Positions 26,436 to 40,146 are shown, counted from the first letter of the stretch. The stretch: DNA of 64,000 nucleotides from Podarcis muralis (GCF_964188315.1 NC_135666.1:37200001-37264000); one strand, 5' to 3'. Translations and numbers: made by a program. Notes: generated by a model not told the origin, from the letters alone.

Positions 26436-26662
26436 CAGTGGTACCTTGGTTTACAAACTTAATCCATTCTTAAACCAAAGCATTCTTAAACCAAGGCATG
26501 CGTTCCTATAGCAGCGGGGGACTCAATTTACAAATGAAACACACTCAACATGTTCTGCTTCCAAGGCAAAGTTCACAAACCAAAACACCTACTTCTGGGT
26601 TTGCAACATTCTTAATCCAAGTTGTTCATAAACTAAGCTGTTCTTAAACCAAGGTACCAGTG
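26436..26662. mobile_element. Tigger/pogo-type MITE with TA TSD
   Basis: TA-cagtggtaccttggttt ... aaaccaaggtaccagtg-TA. Confidence 0.85.
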
Positions 26663-27086
26663 TAGTCTGTAGCAGTCTGTTGCAGCAAGCAACAAATTCT
26701 TGTGGCACCTTAAAGTCTGAACTAATTTATTGTGGCATTAGTCTAAAGCAGAAGGAAGAAGATGTACGCCCACACAAAATGGAAAACAGTTGCCTCTGTT
26801 ATTGTTGGTGTGGACAACAAAATACATTCTGAGGCAAACAAGGACGTTAGAAGAGAGAATATATACTTATTGAAGCATACTGACAATTGAAAAGACCTGA
26901 GGCAACAGGTCTTTGCCTCGACTCTTTTTGAGCATCCTTATCAACACCTTCTGCTAGAGACAGACCAGCAAGACTGAGCTGAATAAAGAATGGCTCCTGT
27001 CTGAGTTCTAGAAAGACCACACATGGAAACAGATCAAGCCACAAAGAACTGGAGGTACCACAAGTAACACCGGGGACTCTCAGCTA

Positions 27087-27456
27087 GGTAAAGGTAAAGG
27101 TAAAGGTACCCCTGCCCGTACGGGCCAGTCTTGACAGACTCTAGGGTTGTGCGCCCATCTCACTCAAGAGGCCAGGGGCCAGCGCTGTCCGGAGACACTT
27201 CCGGGTCACGTGGCCAGCGTGACATCGCTGCTCTGGCGAGCCAGAGCCGCACACGGAAACGCCGTTTACCTTCCCGCTAGTAAGCGGTCCCTATTTATCT
27301 ACTTGCACCCGGGAGTGCTTTCGAACTGCTAGGTTGGCAGGCGCTGGGACCGAACAACGGGAGCGCACCCCGCCGCGGGGATTCGAACTGCCGACCTTTC
27401 GATCGGCAAGCCCTAGGCACTGAGGCTTTTACCCACAGCGCCACCCGCGTCCCGCA
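27087..27456 (-). mobile_element. Full-length young Sauria SINE with (ACCTTT)n tail and 11-bp TSD
   Basis: 5' GGGACGCGGGTGGCGCTGTGG, B-box-like GGCAGTTCGAATCCC. TSD actctcagcta at 27076-86 and 27457-67. Confidence 0.95.
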
Positions 27457-29233
27457 ACTCTCAGCTAACATGCACACAAATCCTAATCTAAACACTTCCT
27501 AAATCAATAGGGACCATAAACGCTTAACTTCAGAGGGCTGTGGAACTGCCTGAATGGCAAAAGGCAATTAAGCAGATCTCTGAATCATTGTTAAAAGAAG
27601 TTCCAAAATGCCTGCATGTAATGGCCGATTCTAGTACTATGGATACTTTCAGACACTTTTTTAAAGCACACGATGCTTAGCTGTAGTACAGGTTGGGTTT
27701 CGATTTGACCTTTATAATGCCCTCTTGAGATAACTCCCTCTAACTTATTAGCTTCATCAGCTAAAGGTCATGAACACAGGGGTGATTATATGCACACAAT
27801 TATAAGGGAGAATGTGGCGTAACAGCTTGTAACGAAACCTTAAAAGCAAAGTTCTTTTTACGCATTATGGAGATTTAAACAGAATTTTTCACAGGAATAA
27901 ATAACATCACGGACAACCAAATCTCCACCAGGACCTACTTGGTCAAAGACTTGCACAGGCTTTGCTCACTTCAGATTGTGGCGATAATAGATAAGAGTGG
28001 TCATTCCACAAGGTGAACACACACAACATTTTCCTAAGCAGATTTCCTAAGCGCTTAGTGTGTTTGAGCAATGTTTTGTTCTTGCTGATATTTCCCACTT
28101 AGGTCAGTTATCTGAGTTGCAAATACACTGAGCAACCAAAAAGTCATTTTCATACATGCTTGGTCGGTCTCCGGCTGCAAACACGCTTTACATTTAAAGC
28201 ACATCCCATCAAGAAAAACAAAGAATCATGGGTACTGTAGCATGTTAGGGGTGTTGGGAGTTGTAGCTCTGTAAACCAGAGTTCCCAGATTGTTTTGGGG
28301 GGGGGGGTTTGCAATAAAATAAAATAAAATAGCTCAGCCAAGAAGCTGCCTTATTCATATATTGCATTAGAGAAAATTTCAGTTCTGCCATCCAATCTGA
28401 ACAGAGGTTCCTGTATCGTGATTTCACCTTTATAGATTCCATTACAGGGTCAGTATTCAGAGAACTGCGAAAACTAATTCTGCAAGTCTAAAGGGAGCTC
28501 TTGCACTCGTTTCCTTCCAACTGCAGCTCTGTCTCCTGTAGTCAATGCCACATGGCAAATCGCTCTGGAAGCTGACGCAACACTCTCAAGCAGTTTGTGA
28601 CATGGCATAGAGATGGGCAATTCAGTCTTGTTGTTTTAACACTCATTGATCCAGTGCAAACACCTTTGGTGAGCCTAAGCAGGTCTTTGGATACTAGCCC
28701 AGGATATGCAAGCACAGCGTAGTCATTCTCCTTCTTGCTTCCTAGAATGCCTCCAGCTCATATTCCATATACCATTGGCTCCCGGTGCTTGGCATTTCAG
28801 CCAAATCTATATGGCATGATCAAAACTGGCAGCCGCAATTGCTGGATGCGCTGCCAAGCATTCCTTCTTGGGACTCAGTCCATTCACAAATCAGAAATGC
28901 AAACAGCATACGGTCATATATGTGCCAAGCCTCTGCATTTGTTAGGCTCATGGCGAGAGGAACCATTGATTTTTCATACAGATAGATGAATTCCCTACTG
29001 GATGCCTGCCAAACCGCAAACTATAAAGAGTCCGCCATCTCAGTAATGTTTTGCCTCAACTTTAAACTAACTTTGGCCCAACTTCTCAAACATCTGTTTC
29101 CCTTGATGCCTGGCATTTGCAATCCACACTCCTAATGTGTAGACGAAGCGACTGCAAATGTGGACTTCTGTGTGCACTTTGCGGCAAGGCAGAGTGTATA
29201 AATAAATGAGAAGGTTCTGTGGGTGGTGGGACT

Positions 29234-29234
<1 letters not shown>

Positions 29235-29273
<39 letters not shown>
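29235..29273. repeat. (CA)n microsatellite
   Basis: Perfect run. Confidence 0.95.
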
Positions 29274-29277
<4 letters not shown>

Positions 29278-31839
29278 GCCCTTGTACCTGCAAGTAATCA
29301 GTGTGTTGGCACAAACAGATTGGCACCTGTCCAAAATGGCTTACCATTTAAAATAGCGGACATCAAGCAGGTGGAAACCGTAAGGCAAAAGGAGGAACAA
29401 AATGGCTCTTATTAATTTTAACTGCTCCTCTCACAAACAGCTACTCCCAAAGATTTATGACCAGCGATTTTTCACATGTTTAGAATCACCTGGGTCAAGC
29501 CCATATGTTTCGATTTTTTAAAGTGTTTTGAAACCCTGACAGAAGACAGCATTCTACCTTGGACCTGCAAAGAACACAAGAACACTGGAAGTCAAAACCC
29601 CTTTTAACTGAAATGCATTCTACAGGTTCAAAACAAAAGGGCATGAATCCAATGGATCCATAAAGAAACAAGGCGTATATAAAATGTAGTTCAAATGTTA
29701 GGGTTAACTCCTGACCTCTGGGTGTCATTCACACATGGCAACACAAAGCAAAGCACAACAAGTTCTGCTTGACTATGGACTGAAAACTAAATTATTCACC
29801 CCTGTGTCTCCACATCATACCCTATACTCAGATTTGCAGCAATTTAGAAATGTTTGCTCACCAAGTAATTCAACAGATTTACATTACGAACTATAAGCTT
29901 CATGCTAAAATATAGCTAAGAATGACAAGGGCAAATAGTTTTCATCAATATATGGCCAAGCACGCCCCCATGCACACGCACACACACACACAAAAGCCTG
30001 CAATAAAAAGTTGCCCTACTTTAAGAACAATTTGTCATACACAATATTCTGTGCCTTAAGCATAATATTAGCAGAAACTAATCATGTCATGTGACATCTC
30101 CCACACACATCTATCGGGAGGGAGGGATCTTGATTTAAGAGTCATTCATGGAAACTAAATATCTCTAATTGTGACAAATGTGACGGCAACATAGATTGCA
30201 TCAGAATGAGCCACTGTACCTCCTACTTTGTGAATAATTTGTGTGTTTAGAACACTGGATTTTGTTTCCTGTTCTTTGGGTAGATTCATTTCTGAATTCA
30301 GGGGAGAGAGAAACCCAAAGCAAGTTGTTTCAGTGTGACTTACTACAGTAAAGGAAACACAATGCAGCTTTTTGGAATGGTTCCACAGGAAAGGTCTGGT
30401 TCCCAGATGTTTCTCTCCTAGCCGCTTTAGCCATTTTAAGTAACTAATGTTTATGCATTCCCTGCACAGACAGCACAGGGACAAGAGATTCAACCAGAGA
30501 GATCATTTGCCATACTTTCATTCAGTGTCAATATAATTAGACACCGCTGCCGTTTTCTGCCTGCTTGAAATTGGCATCACCACGTCCTACAAATTAGCTT
30601 GCCCCCCCCTGCCCGGTTTGTACTAAAAAAGTCCAGTTTATAAACTAGCTAAAGGTTGACTCAACAAAAGCAAGAAGTAAGAATACATCATCGACAGCAA
30701 AAGAGCTGCTGGCCAGCACTCGACAATAATTTCAGTCTAAATTCTTCTGCAACCCAGTCTTGTGATCCCCATCTGAACCCACATACTAAGAACATATGCT
30801 TGCACTATACCATCCCAGTTGTGGAGGCAAGACACATATCCACAGAAAAGGGGTATCTTTTCTTTCTCTTACAGCACAAGTTCAGGTATCTGCCAAGTGG
30901 TTCCTGCCACTTTAAAACATGCAACTCTTTGTGGTGGAGCAAAAATTGCACTGCTGTGTTATTAGGTAGCGGCTATTCCCCTTCAGACTATTTCCAGCAC
31001 TTGAAAAGCCATTAGCTTAATCTAACCCTTTTTGTGTTTACTGTCCCCTAGAAAGGCACTTAGCAATTTCCTTCCCAGCGGATCCCTTAAGCTGCCTCCC
31101 CTTCACAGACATACAAAAGGAAAAAAACCTGAAGCAGAGAGCTTCTAAAATATCAGGTGTACATTCTCATTCCTCCCTGCATGCATACTGAAAGACATGG
31201 CAAGTGGTGATGCCACGATCTGCAGAGAGCTAAACGACAGAAGTGGACTGTGGTGGTTTTAAGGCTTCGGGTATGGCAGTGTTGAGTATGCTAATCTAGA
31301 TGGGCCCATGGTCTGATTCAGTACAGAACAGGATCCTATCTTAATCATTTGTTGATTTTATGCACCACCCTTCCTCCCTATGGACCCCAGGGCTTAGTAT
31401 TATGGATTCGGGAACACTCTGTGGGGCTAGCTTTTTTGGCGGTAGCTTTGTTCAAGGTGCTCTTTCATGTGCCTCCTGTCACTCAAATTTGTCACCTCCT
31501 GTCCTCCAGTGTTTTGTTTAGGTAAGGTGCTAACTGTACCCATGCAATAGATCCCTGATGTGGGTTTTCTCATTGGTTTAATAAAGCAAGAGTGGGGAAA
31601 TTTTTTGGCTCCATGGGCCACATCATGAGCAGGATTGGCCTCACAGGCCAAATCTGACAGGTCAGCAGGGTTGCCAAAATCCCCTCTGCAGCTTTGCAAA
31701 GGAAGGCTGGTTCAAAGAGCATTTTGCTCGGTTTCTCCTTTAAATGGGTGAGCAGCAGCACTGGTGCACCCCACCCACTTAAAGGAAAAGAGATTAAATT
31801 CTGCTGCCTAGGCTGTGCAGTCCTGTTCCCTGCTTGGAA

Positions 31840-32125
31840 CAGGGTGGCACATACTATACATGATTTAACCCTGCCTTCCTCTTATTCCATGACAGCTAAG
31901 CTTACTCAGGAGTATTCAGTGAGGTAGTATGTCAAAGGCTTTTCAGAAATCTAAGCGCATGCCAAGTTAATTGCCTCTATCTATGTGCTTGCTGGCACTC
32001 TCAAGGAACTCTAAAAAGTTTATGAGACATGACTTGCCCTTGCAAAAGCCATGCTGGTTCTGCTTGGGCAAGACTTGTTCTTCTACATGCTTGGTAATTC
32101 TGTCTTTGAACAATGCTTTCCACCA
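31840..32125 (-). pseudogene. Decayed CR1 reverse-transcriptase core fragment
   Basis: Translates, with stops and a frameshift, to KDRITKHVEEQVLPKQNQHGFCKGKSCLINFLEF...LDF*KAFDILPH*ILLSKL. Confidence 0.8.
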
Positions 32126-33245
32126 GTTTCAACAAAAATATATTGCTTGGTCTTTGTTTTAATTTTTTTTAAGTCTGATATTCTGGAGCACTAATGTTCA
32201 AGTTTAAGACTGTTTCGTTGCATTGCTTCTTAATCACAAGACAGCTTTGCTTGCATATGGAGAAATATTCTATTTTGGGCACATAGTGTGCCAAAGCTAT
32301 TCATGAATAAACAAAGTGTTGTTAATGTGTAACATGAAGCCAGCTGTCAAAAATGTAGTCAACAGTGAAAAGGCTTCAATATAAGGAAAATTACTTTTGT
32401 CTCTCTAGAATGACAAGATTCTCCAACTTGGGATTCTCCCCCCTCAATAAAACAGCCAACTTCTGTCACACAGCATTCACATCATATTGGTTTTACAAAT
32501 CTATAGTGTCAAAAATGTTTTCGCGTTGGTCCATTCGAAGCAGTAAAAAGGATGACTGATCAGAACGAGTAATAAGCAATCTTATTTTAATAGGAAGCAA
32601 ATGTGTGGGAATATGATGCTTGATCGTTTCTCTTTTTTTACGGTTCCTTCAAAAGTTGAACTGCATGCTTATGAAGAAACCTCTCTTTTTATTGTGCAAG
32701 GGGATCGCTTTCAAAAATTACAGGAAATAAGTATTACCAAAATGCTTTAAAATGATAAAAAGCTAAATGGTGTTAATTTGAACATTAAAATGCTCGTCTG
32801 CAGACAAAAGCTGCTTATGCAGGGGTCTTCCCCCTAACCATTCAGAGGTCATGCAGAATGGCCACGAGTAGCTCACCTTGCTGCTCCTCCCCATAGTGGC
32901 GTTGCTCTAGTTTCTGGTTGCTCTAGGAACAACACTGCTTTGGGGAAGGGCTGCTGCAACATCCTCCCACATGGCCTGGGGAGGTCAACTGAGCAGCACA
33001 TGGCAGCTCCCATGCATCAGTAAAAATGCAAATTGGGAAACCAGAATCCTGAAAAAGTTTCACACAACAACTGTGTATGCAGTGTTAAGTAGCTAGATTC
33101 CGTTCTAAAAGGGAAAAGCTTAAAGCTATCCTGCCATGTAAGGAATTGTATTGGAAAAGCAATATGATCCTTGTTCTGGATATTAATAATTGGGGTGGGG
33201 TGGGGGATAACAAGCCACTATTACTCAGCCTAACCCACCTCACAG

Positions 33246-33628
33246 GGGATGTGGGTGGCACTGTGGTCTAAACCACTGAGCCTCTTGGGCTTGCCGATCA
33301 GAAGGTCGGCGGTTCGAATCCCCGCAATGGGGTGAGCTCCCATTGCTGGGTCCCAGCTCCTGCCAACCTAGCAGTTTGAAAGCACTCTAGTGCAAGTAGA
33401 TAAATAGGTACCACTCCGGCGGGAAGGTAAATGGCGTTTCCGTGCGCTGCTCTAGTTTCAGTGTTCCGTTGCACCAGAAGCGGCTTAGTCGTGCTGGCCA
33501 CATGATCCAGAAAATCTGTCTGCGGACAAACGCCGGCTCCCTCAGCCTGTAAAGCGAGATGAGCACCACAACCCCAGTGTCATCTGCGACTGGTCTTAAC
33601 TGTCAGGTGTCCTTTACCTTTACCTTTT
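33246..33628 (+). mobile_element. Full-length Sauria SINE, apparently inserted in an older CORE-SINE remnant
   Basis: A and B boxes, (ACCTTT)n tail. Flanks cagcctaacccacctcacag and ...gagctccttgg resemble a MIR-type body. Confidence 0.93.
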
Positions 33629-33711
33629 TAATCCACCTTCCAGTGTTATTGTAAGGGTGAACTGGAATAAGGGGACATAAGCAACCATGAGCTCCTTGGT
33701 CAGTAGCCGGG

Positions 33712-33779
33712 GGGGGGGGGGGAGTTGGATGAGATGATCCTCAGGGTCCCTTCTAAATTGTATGATTCTATTATTCTAA
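33712..33779 (+). mobile_element. CR1 3' tip
   Basis: gttggatgagatgatcctcagggtcccttc...tatgattctattattcta. Confidence 0.7.
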
Positions 33780-34760
33780 GCTACGTCACAAAGGTTTTTT
33801 GGATACTACAAAAAGCACAAGAAATGCGGTTTATTGTATCACAAGTTAGGAAAAGCTACTTTTTTTCAGGGGGTAGGATGATTATGCCATTGCATCACTT
33901 GGCAGCAAGATGCTTTGGAGCCAAACACGCTTATGGACTGAAGCTGCAAATGTCACAGGTTTTATTACATTTGTGACTGATACCAAAGTCCAATTATTGC
34001 TGACATTTGGGGTTTGGGGCTGAAATCTTGCAAAGGTCAGTGTGAACAGTGAAGTAATACTCCCTTGGAACATTTCTTAAAAGGAAAGCTGAACGGGACT
34101 CCCCCAGGCATAGAGCAGCTTATGATGGCTACTCTGTGTATTACTTAGCAAAACCCAGGACAAAAGCGATAGGATATAATCTGCAACAAATGGGGCAATT
34201 ATTGTATTATCTGAGCAAGCAGTTCAAATTATACATGTTGGGAGAAGGGCAAATCTTGGGACGATCGCCGCAAGTAGAAAATCAAATCTGAGTCTGTGCT
34301 GTGTTTTACAGTTTAATTGTAATGCTTTTTATTCAATATTTAAACAGAACATTGAGTGCTTTAGGTGGAAGAGATGCTTTTAAGTACACCTAGGGGGCTT
34401 TAACATGCCTGGTGTAATGTTCTCCCCTTAAAGGACAGACACCTCACCCCACCCAAAACTCCCGTCTCAATATGCAACATCACAATTTGTTTCGAAAAGT
34501 TCTATCCCAAAACAGGTTTGCTGTGTAAATGTGGGGTGGGGCTGCTGTTCAAAAAGGGAAGGAATCCATTTGGCATGGCCAGTGCTCCCTCCGATGCATT
34601 AAGTAAGTTGCACAGTTCTTTGAATCCAGGCCAAAACAAGCTATGTTGCGTCAAGACTGGAGTCTGTGCTTCAATATTCAATTTCTTTGCAAGCCTTTTA
34701 ACCCAGCGTAATTCAATTCCATCCAAGAGAATGTCCTTTTTAACTTTCCTTAACAAAACC

Positions 34761-35300
34761 TAAGAACATCAGAAGAGACTGCTAGATGAGGCCAGTGGTC
34801 CATCTAGTCCAGCCTCACCGTGGCCAACCAGATGCTTAAGAGAAGCCTGCAATGCAAGGCCTGAGCACAACAGCACTCTGCCCACCTGCAATTCCCAGCA
34901 ACTGGAATATGGCCTCTGACAGTGGAGGTATGACATGGCCGTTGTGGCTCTCAGCTACTGATAACCTTATCCTTCTTGGGCTTGTTGAATCTTCTTCTGA
35001 AGACATTCAAGTTAGTGGCCATCACTGTCTCCTGTGGGAGCGAGTTCTATCATTTAACTATGTGCTGCATGAAATAGCACATTGTTTCACTCTGCCCCAA
35101 ATCTACCAATATTCAGCTGCATTGGATGCCCACGAGTTCTAATACTATATAAGAGATGGAGAAGAACTTTTCTCTATCCACTTTCTCTATGCTGTGTATA
35201 ATTTTGTAAACGTCTATCATGTCACCTCTTTCTTGCCTTTTCTCTAAACTAAAAAAATACTCAAATGCTGCAGCCTTTCCTCCTAGGGGAGCGGCTCCAA
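34761..35300 (-). mobile_element. Old CR1 3' fragment
   Basis: taagaacatcagaagagactgctagat... terminus followed by a decayed ORF2 end. Confidence 0.7.
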
Positions 35301-35324
35301 CTCGTTGCTTGTTTTACCCTAAAC

Positions 35325-35448
35325 CAGCCTTTCTCAACCTGTTGTTGAACTACAACTCCCATCACCCCTAGCTAGCAAGGCCAGAACTCAGGGTTGATGG
35401 GAGTTGTAGTCCAACAACATCTGGGGACCCACAGGTTGAGAACCGCTG
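35325..35448. mobile_element. Palindromic hAT MITE
   Basis: TIR cagcctttctcaacctg / caggttgagaaccgctg; degenerate 8-bp TSD ccctaaac/ccctaact. Confidence 0.8.
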
Positions 35449-36499
35449 CCCTAACTGGAACTGGGCACACTTTGTACTTTCTGAGATGTTAAGCAGAGGG
35501 AACTCAGCTGACTGCAGGTACACCAACTCTGTGGAGGAAGCAAACACCTGACCACAAAGCAAAACCTGGAAGGAAATGAAATTATGCCTCCTAATTCTCT
35601 AAAAACTGAGAAAAGGCTCAGAGCAGCCCAAATGCAGTCTGCTTGCAAATTACTGGTGTTAGTCCAAGTGAGCTCAAGGGAACTCTGGAATGCAACTTTG
35701 GCTGAGAAGCAGAGGCAGCCCAGAATCCTGGTGCTGTTGAGAATAATATTAGTCAACTGCAATAAATTTACTCTGTTACCAGAAAATAAATTAGTCATCT
35801 TCCCCCTTGTAAAAACAGATTTATGGCGCAAGGTATCAATAGATTAGTCTCCCCTAAGCAATAAACAGCTCCTTACTTAGCAAGAGAATTGCAACACAAT
35901 CCTATGCAAGTCTATTCAGAAGTCCCATTGAGTTCTGTGGCATTTACTCCCAGGTAAGTGTGTAAGGACTGAGGACTTATCAATCTACAAGACAAGCTAA
36001 AGATTTTAACGAACCAACAAACTGGTACTATGCATCAGTCTGAAACTATTCTGCTCTATTCAAGGAAAACAATCGTTTCTACAGAACATCCTGGTATTAT
36101 TAGAAAGAACCATAATATCTGGAAAATGTGGCACAACTCTGGGTTCTCTCTAGTGCTGAGTACCCATGTTTTAAAAAATGAATTGAAAGATTCCCCCACC
36201 TCCTTGTTTTGGCAGGAGGCTATCTTTGAAATCTATATTCCATTCTCAGCCAAGCTTGGTGCAAAAGTATGACTTAGCTGTGATGAAGGTGACAGGGAGA
36301 GTGTCATTTTGTAAAAAATAATAATGATGGCCCTTTTTACCTTTTACCTGGGTTAAGTGGGCCAATACTCATTGCTTTAAACCTACTTTAAAGAGCTAGA
36401 GAAGTTCAAAAGTAATGTGCACAGGACAACAGCATGGTCAATTATAGTAGAAGGGTGAGACTAAAGGAAGCAAGTCAAAATTAAATTAATGTCAATATG

Positions 36500-36705
36500 G
36501 ATGCTAGGATCAAACATTAGGAAGAACTTCCTGGTGGTCCAAGTTGTTTGACAGTGGAACAGTCTGCCTTAGAAGGCGCTGTGCCCTTGGTTAGAAGTTT
36601 TTAAGGCGGATGGCTACCTATCAAGAGTGCTGTAGTAGTGAGTTTCCTGCACTGGCAAGGATTTGGTTGGACTAGATAACCTTTTGAGGTCATTCTTTGA
36701 TTCTG
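36500..36705 (+). mobile_element. Old CR1 3' fragment
   Basis: aacattaggaagaacttcctg...cagtggaacagtctgcct...gttggactagat. Confidence 0.7.
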
Positions 36706-37803
36706 CAAGAAAGTGAGGAAGATGCAAGACACCTGCCACCACGAGAACTGCAGTAGTGATTGGACAATTGAGGAAAGACAGGGCAAATGCCCCTGTGAGG
36801 AATGGGTACTAACAGTAATGGAAAATCATGTCCAAAAAACATGGAGTAAATTTGCACGTGATGTTTGACAGCACCAGCCCAAATTGCTTACATTTGGGTA
36901 AATTTTATTCAGTCTTGAAGCTTGTTGAATGTAATGTGGTATATGTAAAATACTGTGTATTTTTTCACATCCACTTCCATAATTGATCAGGGATTTACTT
37001 TAATAAATCTGCCTCCCATTATACCTGGCATTTATTTATTTTTTCACTGTTTCTGAATTAGAGCTAGTTTTGTAAATTGGACCTAATACTCCTCCTGTTA
37101 GGCCAACAGCTGGCATTAACTTTTCAAACTTTGCACAGTCTCTTAAGTGATACATATCATGTCAATAAATAGTTTAATATCTGTCTTACTTGGCAATACT
37201 GGAGGGAAAGGATCAGTGCTCAACCCATATCCTATTGGATAGCATGACTTAATTATGCCTTCTTTTGATATTTTTCAAAGTTCAACCATTCCAAAACAGT
37301 CCCAAAGCTTCATATTACCCAACAGCTCTTTCCTTTCAAACTGTGCATTACTGCCTTGTGGTCAGTGGTGAGAATTCTGGGCTCTGCCTATCTTGAAACT
37401 TTCCCCAAAATAAGTTAAGCATCTCTAATGCAAAGATTAATCTTAATAATTGATACATTCCAACCATTGGGTAGATTTCAAATTTGCAACATTCCCTGTA
37501 TTATTATTGTTGTTGTTGTTGTTGTTGTTGCTGAATTTATATTCTGTCCTATACCCAGGGGTCTGTTTGAGATCTGTTACTGTGTTTCTCATTAACCAAG
37601 TTTTAAAATGAGCTAACATAGCAGCACACCACTTGATAACCTGCTGATGCAAAGTCTACAATAGTTTTCAGTCTGTGTCTTTCCTTATGCACTGAACTTA
37701 TTACAGCTATATTTTCTAGAGAACCAAAATATCTGAAACACATCAGATGGAAGTAATTTTTATTTACCAACTTACCTTCTGATAGCATTCTTTTATTCTA
37801 GAG

Positions 37804-37939
37804 CAGGCATGGCCAAACTTGGCCCTCCAGGTGTTTTGAGACTACAATCCCCATCATCCCTGACCACTGGTCCTGTTAGCTAGGGATGATGGGAGTTGTA
37901 GTCCCAAAACATCTGGAGGGCCAAGTTTGGCCAAGCCTG
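37804..37939. mobile_element. 136-bp palindromic hAT-Charlie MITE with perfect 8-bp TSD TTCTAGAG
   Basis: TIR caggcatggccaaacttggccc / gggccaagtttggccaagcctg. TSD at 37796-803 and 37940-47. Confidence 0.93.
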
Positions 37940-38859
37940 TTCTAGAGCTATACCCCCCACTCCCCATTACATTTACAGTAATAAGTGTTGCAGTTCTCTG
38001 TATTCAAGATCTCTTTAAACTGCAGAAGGAGGACAGCTCATTTCCATGTATTTACATCCCTACAGACCATGTCCTGCCACTTTCTTCTTACAGGGTAAAG
38101 TTCAGCACTAGGTGCCAAAAGGAAGGTTTGAATGAGATTTACATCTGGGTGTCAAGATGCAGAAAAACTTTTCCATAACTGAAAAATCCAGAGAAGAAAT
38201 CATGGCACGATCAGATTCATGCTGCATGCAAATAGAAAAAAAGTCAAGCCAAACCCCACAAGTACCTTTGTTGACAGTTCCTCTCTACAACCCCAGAAAT
38301 CAAACCAAAACACACACTCACATCCTGTGCTTATATGCAGGGATTATGAGATCATAGTATGAGGGAACATACTGATAAAAACAGAGAGTGTGAAGAAAAA
38401 TGGTTAACGCAAGTGACACAGCGAATAAAGTGGGGAGGAATGAGTGACTGCGTTGGTGAGACAAAGCTGTAAGGCACGTCAACGTTTTAATTAAAAAATT
38501 ATGTAGCAGAGATGATGCTAATGAGCCAATAATCTCAAGAGACCATTTCTACAATTCCTGTCTAGTTTCAATGCCCTTATTAGCCCGAAGTGAATAGTTC
38601 TTTTTTTAAACCTAGTAGAAAACAAGCCTACCACACTTCTTTAAATACCACAAGCGTCTGGCATTAATCATGGAAGACCATGTGGAACTGAGGCTGACAC
38701 ACTATGACTCACCTAAGACCAGACAGTTGAGCTTGGTTCAGGTCTGCCATAGCCAAGAACTATCTGCTAGAATCAATTCTTTCCACCAACCCCTTCTGTC
38801 CCTTCAGAGATGTACACGGCATCTCCACTATGCAACCCAGGCTCTCCCCACCCCAATAC

Positions 38860-38982
38860 CTGGGAGTTCTTCATAAATATCTTCGTCTGGCTCTGTGCTT
38901 GGTTGTTGAGAAGGAACGCCACTTTCCTCAATGTCATCATATTCTTCTTCATCCTCCTCAAGAATATCTTCAGATCCCATGT
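38860..38982 (-). CDS. SKAP2: SKAP2 coding exon (exon 9 equivalent), 123 bp, acidic linker: DMGSEDILEEDEEEYDDIEESGVPSQQPSTEPDEDIYEELP(E)
   Basis: Ends in DIYEELP (human EIYEELP). Acceptor gaacag, donor GTATTG, phase 1-1. Confidence 0.94.
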
Positions 38983-39475
38983 CTGTTCAGAAGAATGCAA
39001 GAGCTATTCAACAGGTACCCACCCAGTGAACACAGCCATAAGGAATGCGAAAGAAAAGCAAAATAATTCTGATGCTTCCATTTTAAATCCAAGGAAATTC
39101 AATGCCCCAGTTCTAGCTTATTAAGAGATGCCTCTGAAATACAGATGTGACTGTTTTTATTTAGCTAGCACCAGCTGAATAAAAACAGACACATCTTTAT
39201 TTCAGTGCAATTTAACTCAGTAGCATGTCCTCAGCTTATTACGATGTATATTTCTTTGGAAGCAAGTCCAACCGAGTCTAGGAGAACTTATACCCAAGTG
39301 CGCAAAGGATTCCTTATTCACACTCACACAGAAAGCTGAAAACAGAAAACGTGTTACACAAAAATGGCCACAATGAAACTCCAAGATCAATAAACAGAAA
39401 ATCTATTAGAAAGCGATAACGATTGGAATTCCAACATGCACTGTAAACAAAGGCTCTTTTCAACAACTGGCTCAC

Positions 39476-39539
39476 CTCGTATTGCGTGTCTCAACGTCCG
39501 CACCCATTCCCCAGCTTCCTTGGAAGTAGCAGCTGTGAA
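39476..39539 (-). CDS. SKAP2: SKAP2 coding exon (exon 8 equivalent), 64 bp: FTAATSKEAGEWVRTLRHAIR(D), C-terminal PH helix
   Basis: Aligns to recalled human FTAASPKDAEEWVQQLKFVLQD. Acceptor gaacag, donor GTGAGC, phase 0-1 keeps the frame. Confidence 0.95.
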
Positions 39540-39836
39540 CTGTTCAAAAAGTTGATTTTACTAGTAGGAATCATGAGCATAAAAATACAGCCAGCACGGT
39601 ATCAGGAATGAAAAGAAAGTAACATTCTTGTCACTTCTTCAAGGCACCATTAGCAATTCTTTACATGTCTTCTGGTACTTTTCTTGCAAGGATGCTTCTT
39701 ATAATGTACAGTTAATTTTGACAAATTTACGTAATTGAAGCAGAGGATGATGGATTTGGAACTCTGATCAGCAGCTGGCAGCTGTGCAGAAAAAAAAGCT
39801 GCTTCTCTTCATCAATGTCAAAAGCAGGACTGATGA

Positions 39837-40008
39837 NNNNNNNNNNNNNNNNNNNNNNNNNNNNNNNNNNNNNNNNNNNNNNNNNNNNNNNNNNNNNNNN
39901 NNNNNNNNNNNNNNNNNNNNNNNNNNNNNNNNNNNNNNNNNNNNNNNNNNNNNNNNNNNNNNNNNNNNNNNNNNNNNNNNNNNNNNNNNNNNNNNNNNNN
40001 NNNNNNNN
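39837..40008. other. Assembly gap (172 N)
   Basis: N run ~190 bp from the PLE cluster. Confidence 1.
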
Positions 40009-40115
40009 TGATGCCTAGCTGATAGATCTTGAATCACATAGCTGATATGTGCCTTTAACTTACATTTCCTTCCCCGTCCTCTAAGCAATACAAGATATGT
40101 TGAACATTTGGGGGT

Positions 40116-40146
40116 TTTATATATATATTAATATTATATTATATAT

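Noticed and set aside
27330-27456. tRNA-like A/B boxes (also at 3405, 21100, 33246 and 48900)
   Set aside because: SINE heads: no complete cloverleaf, and each continues into a SINE body and tail.
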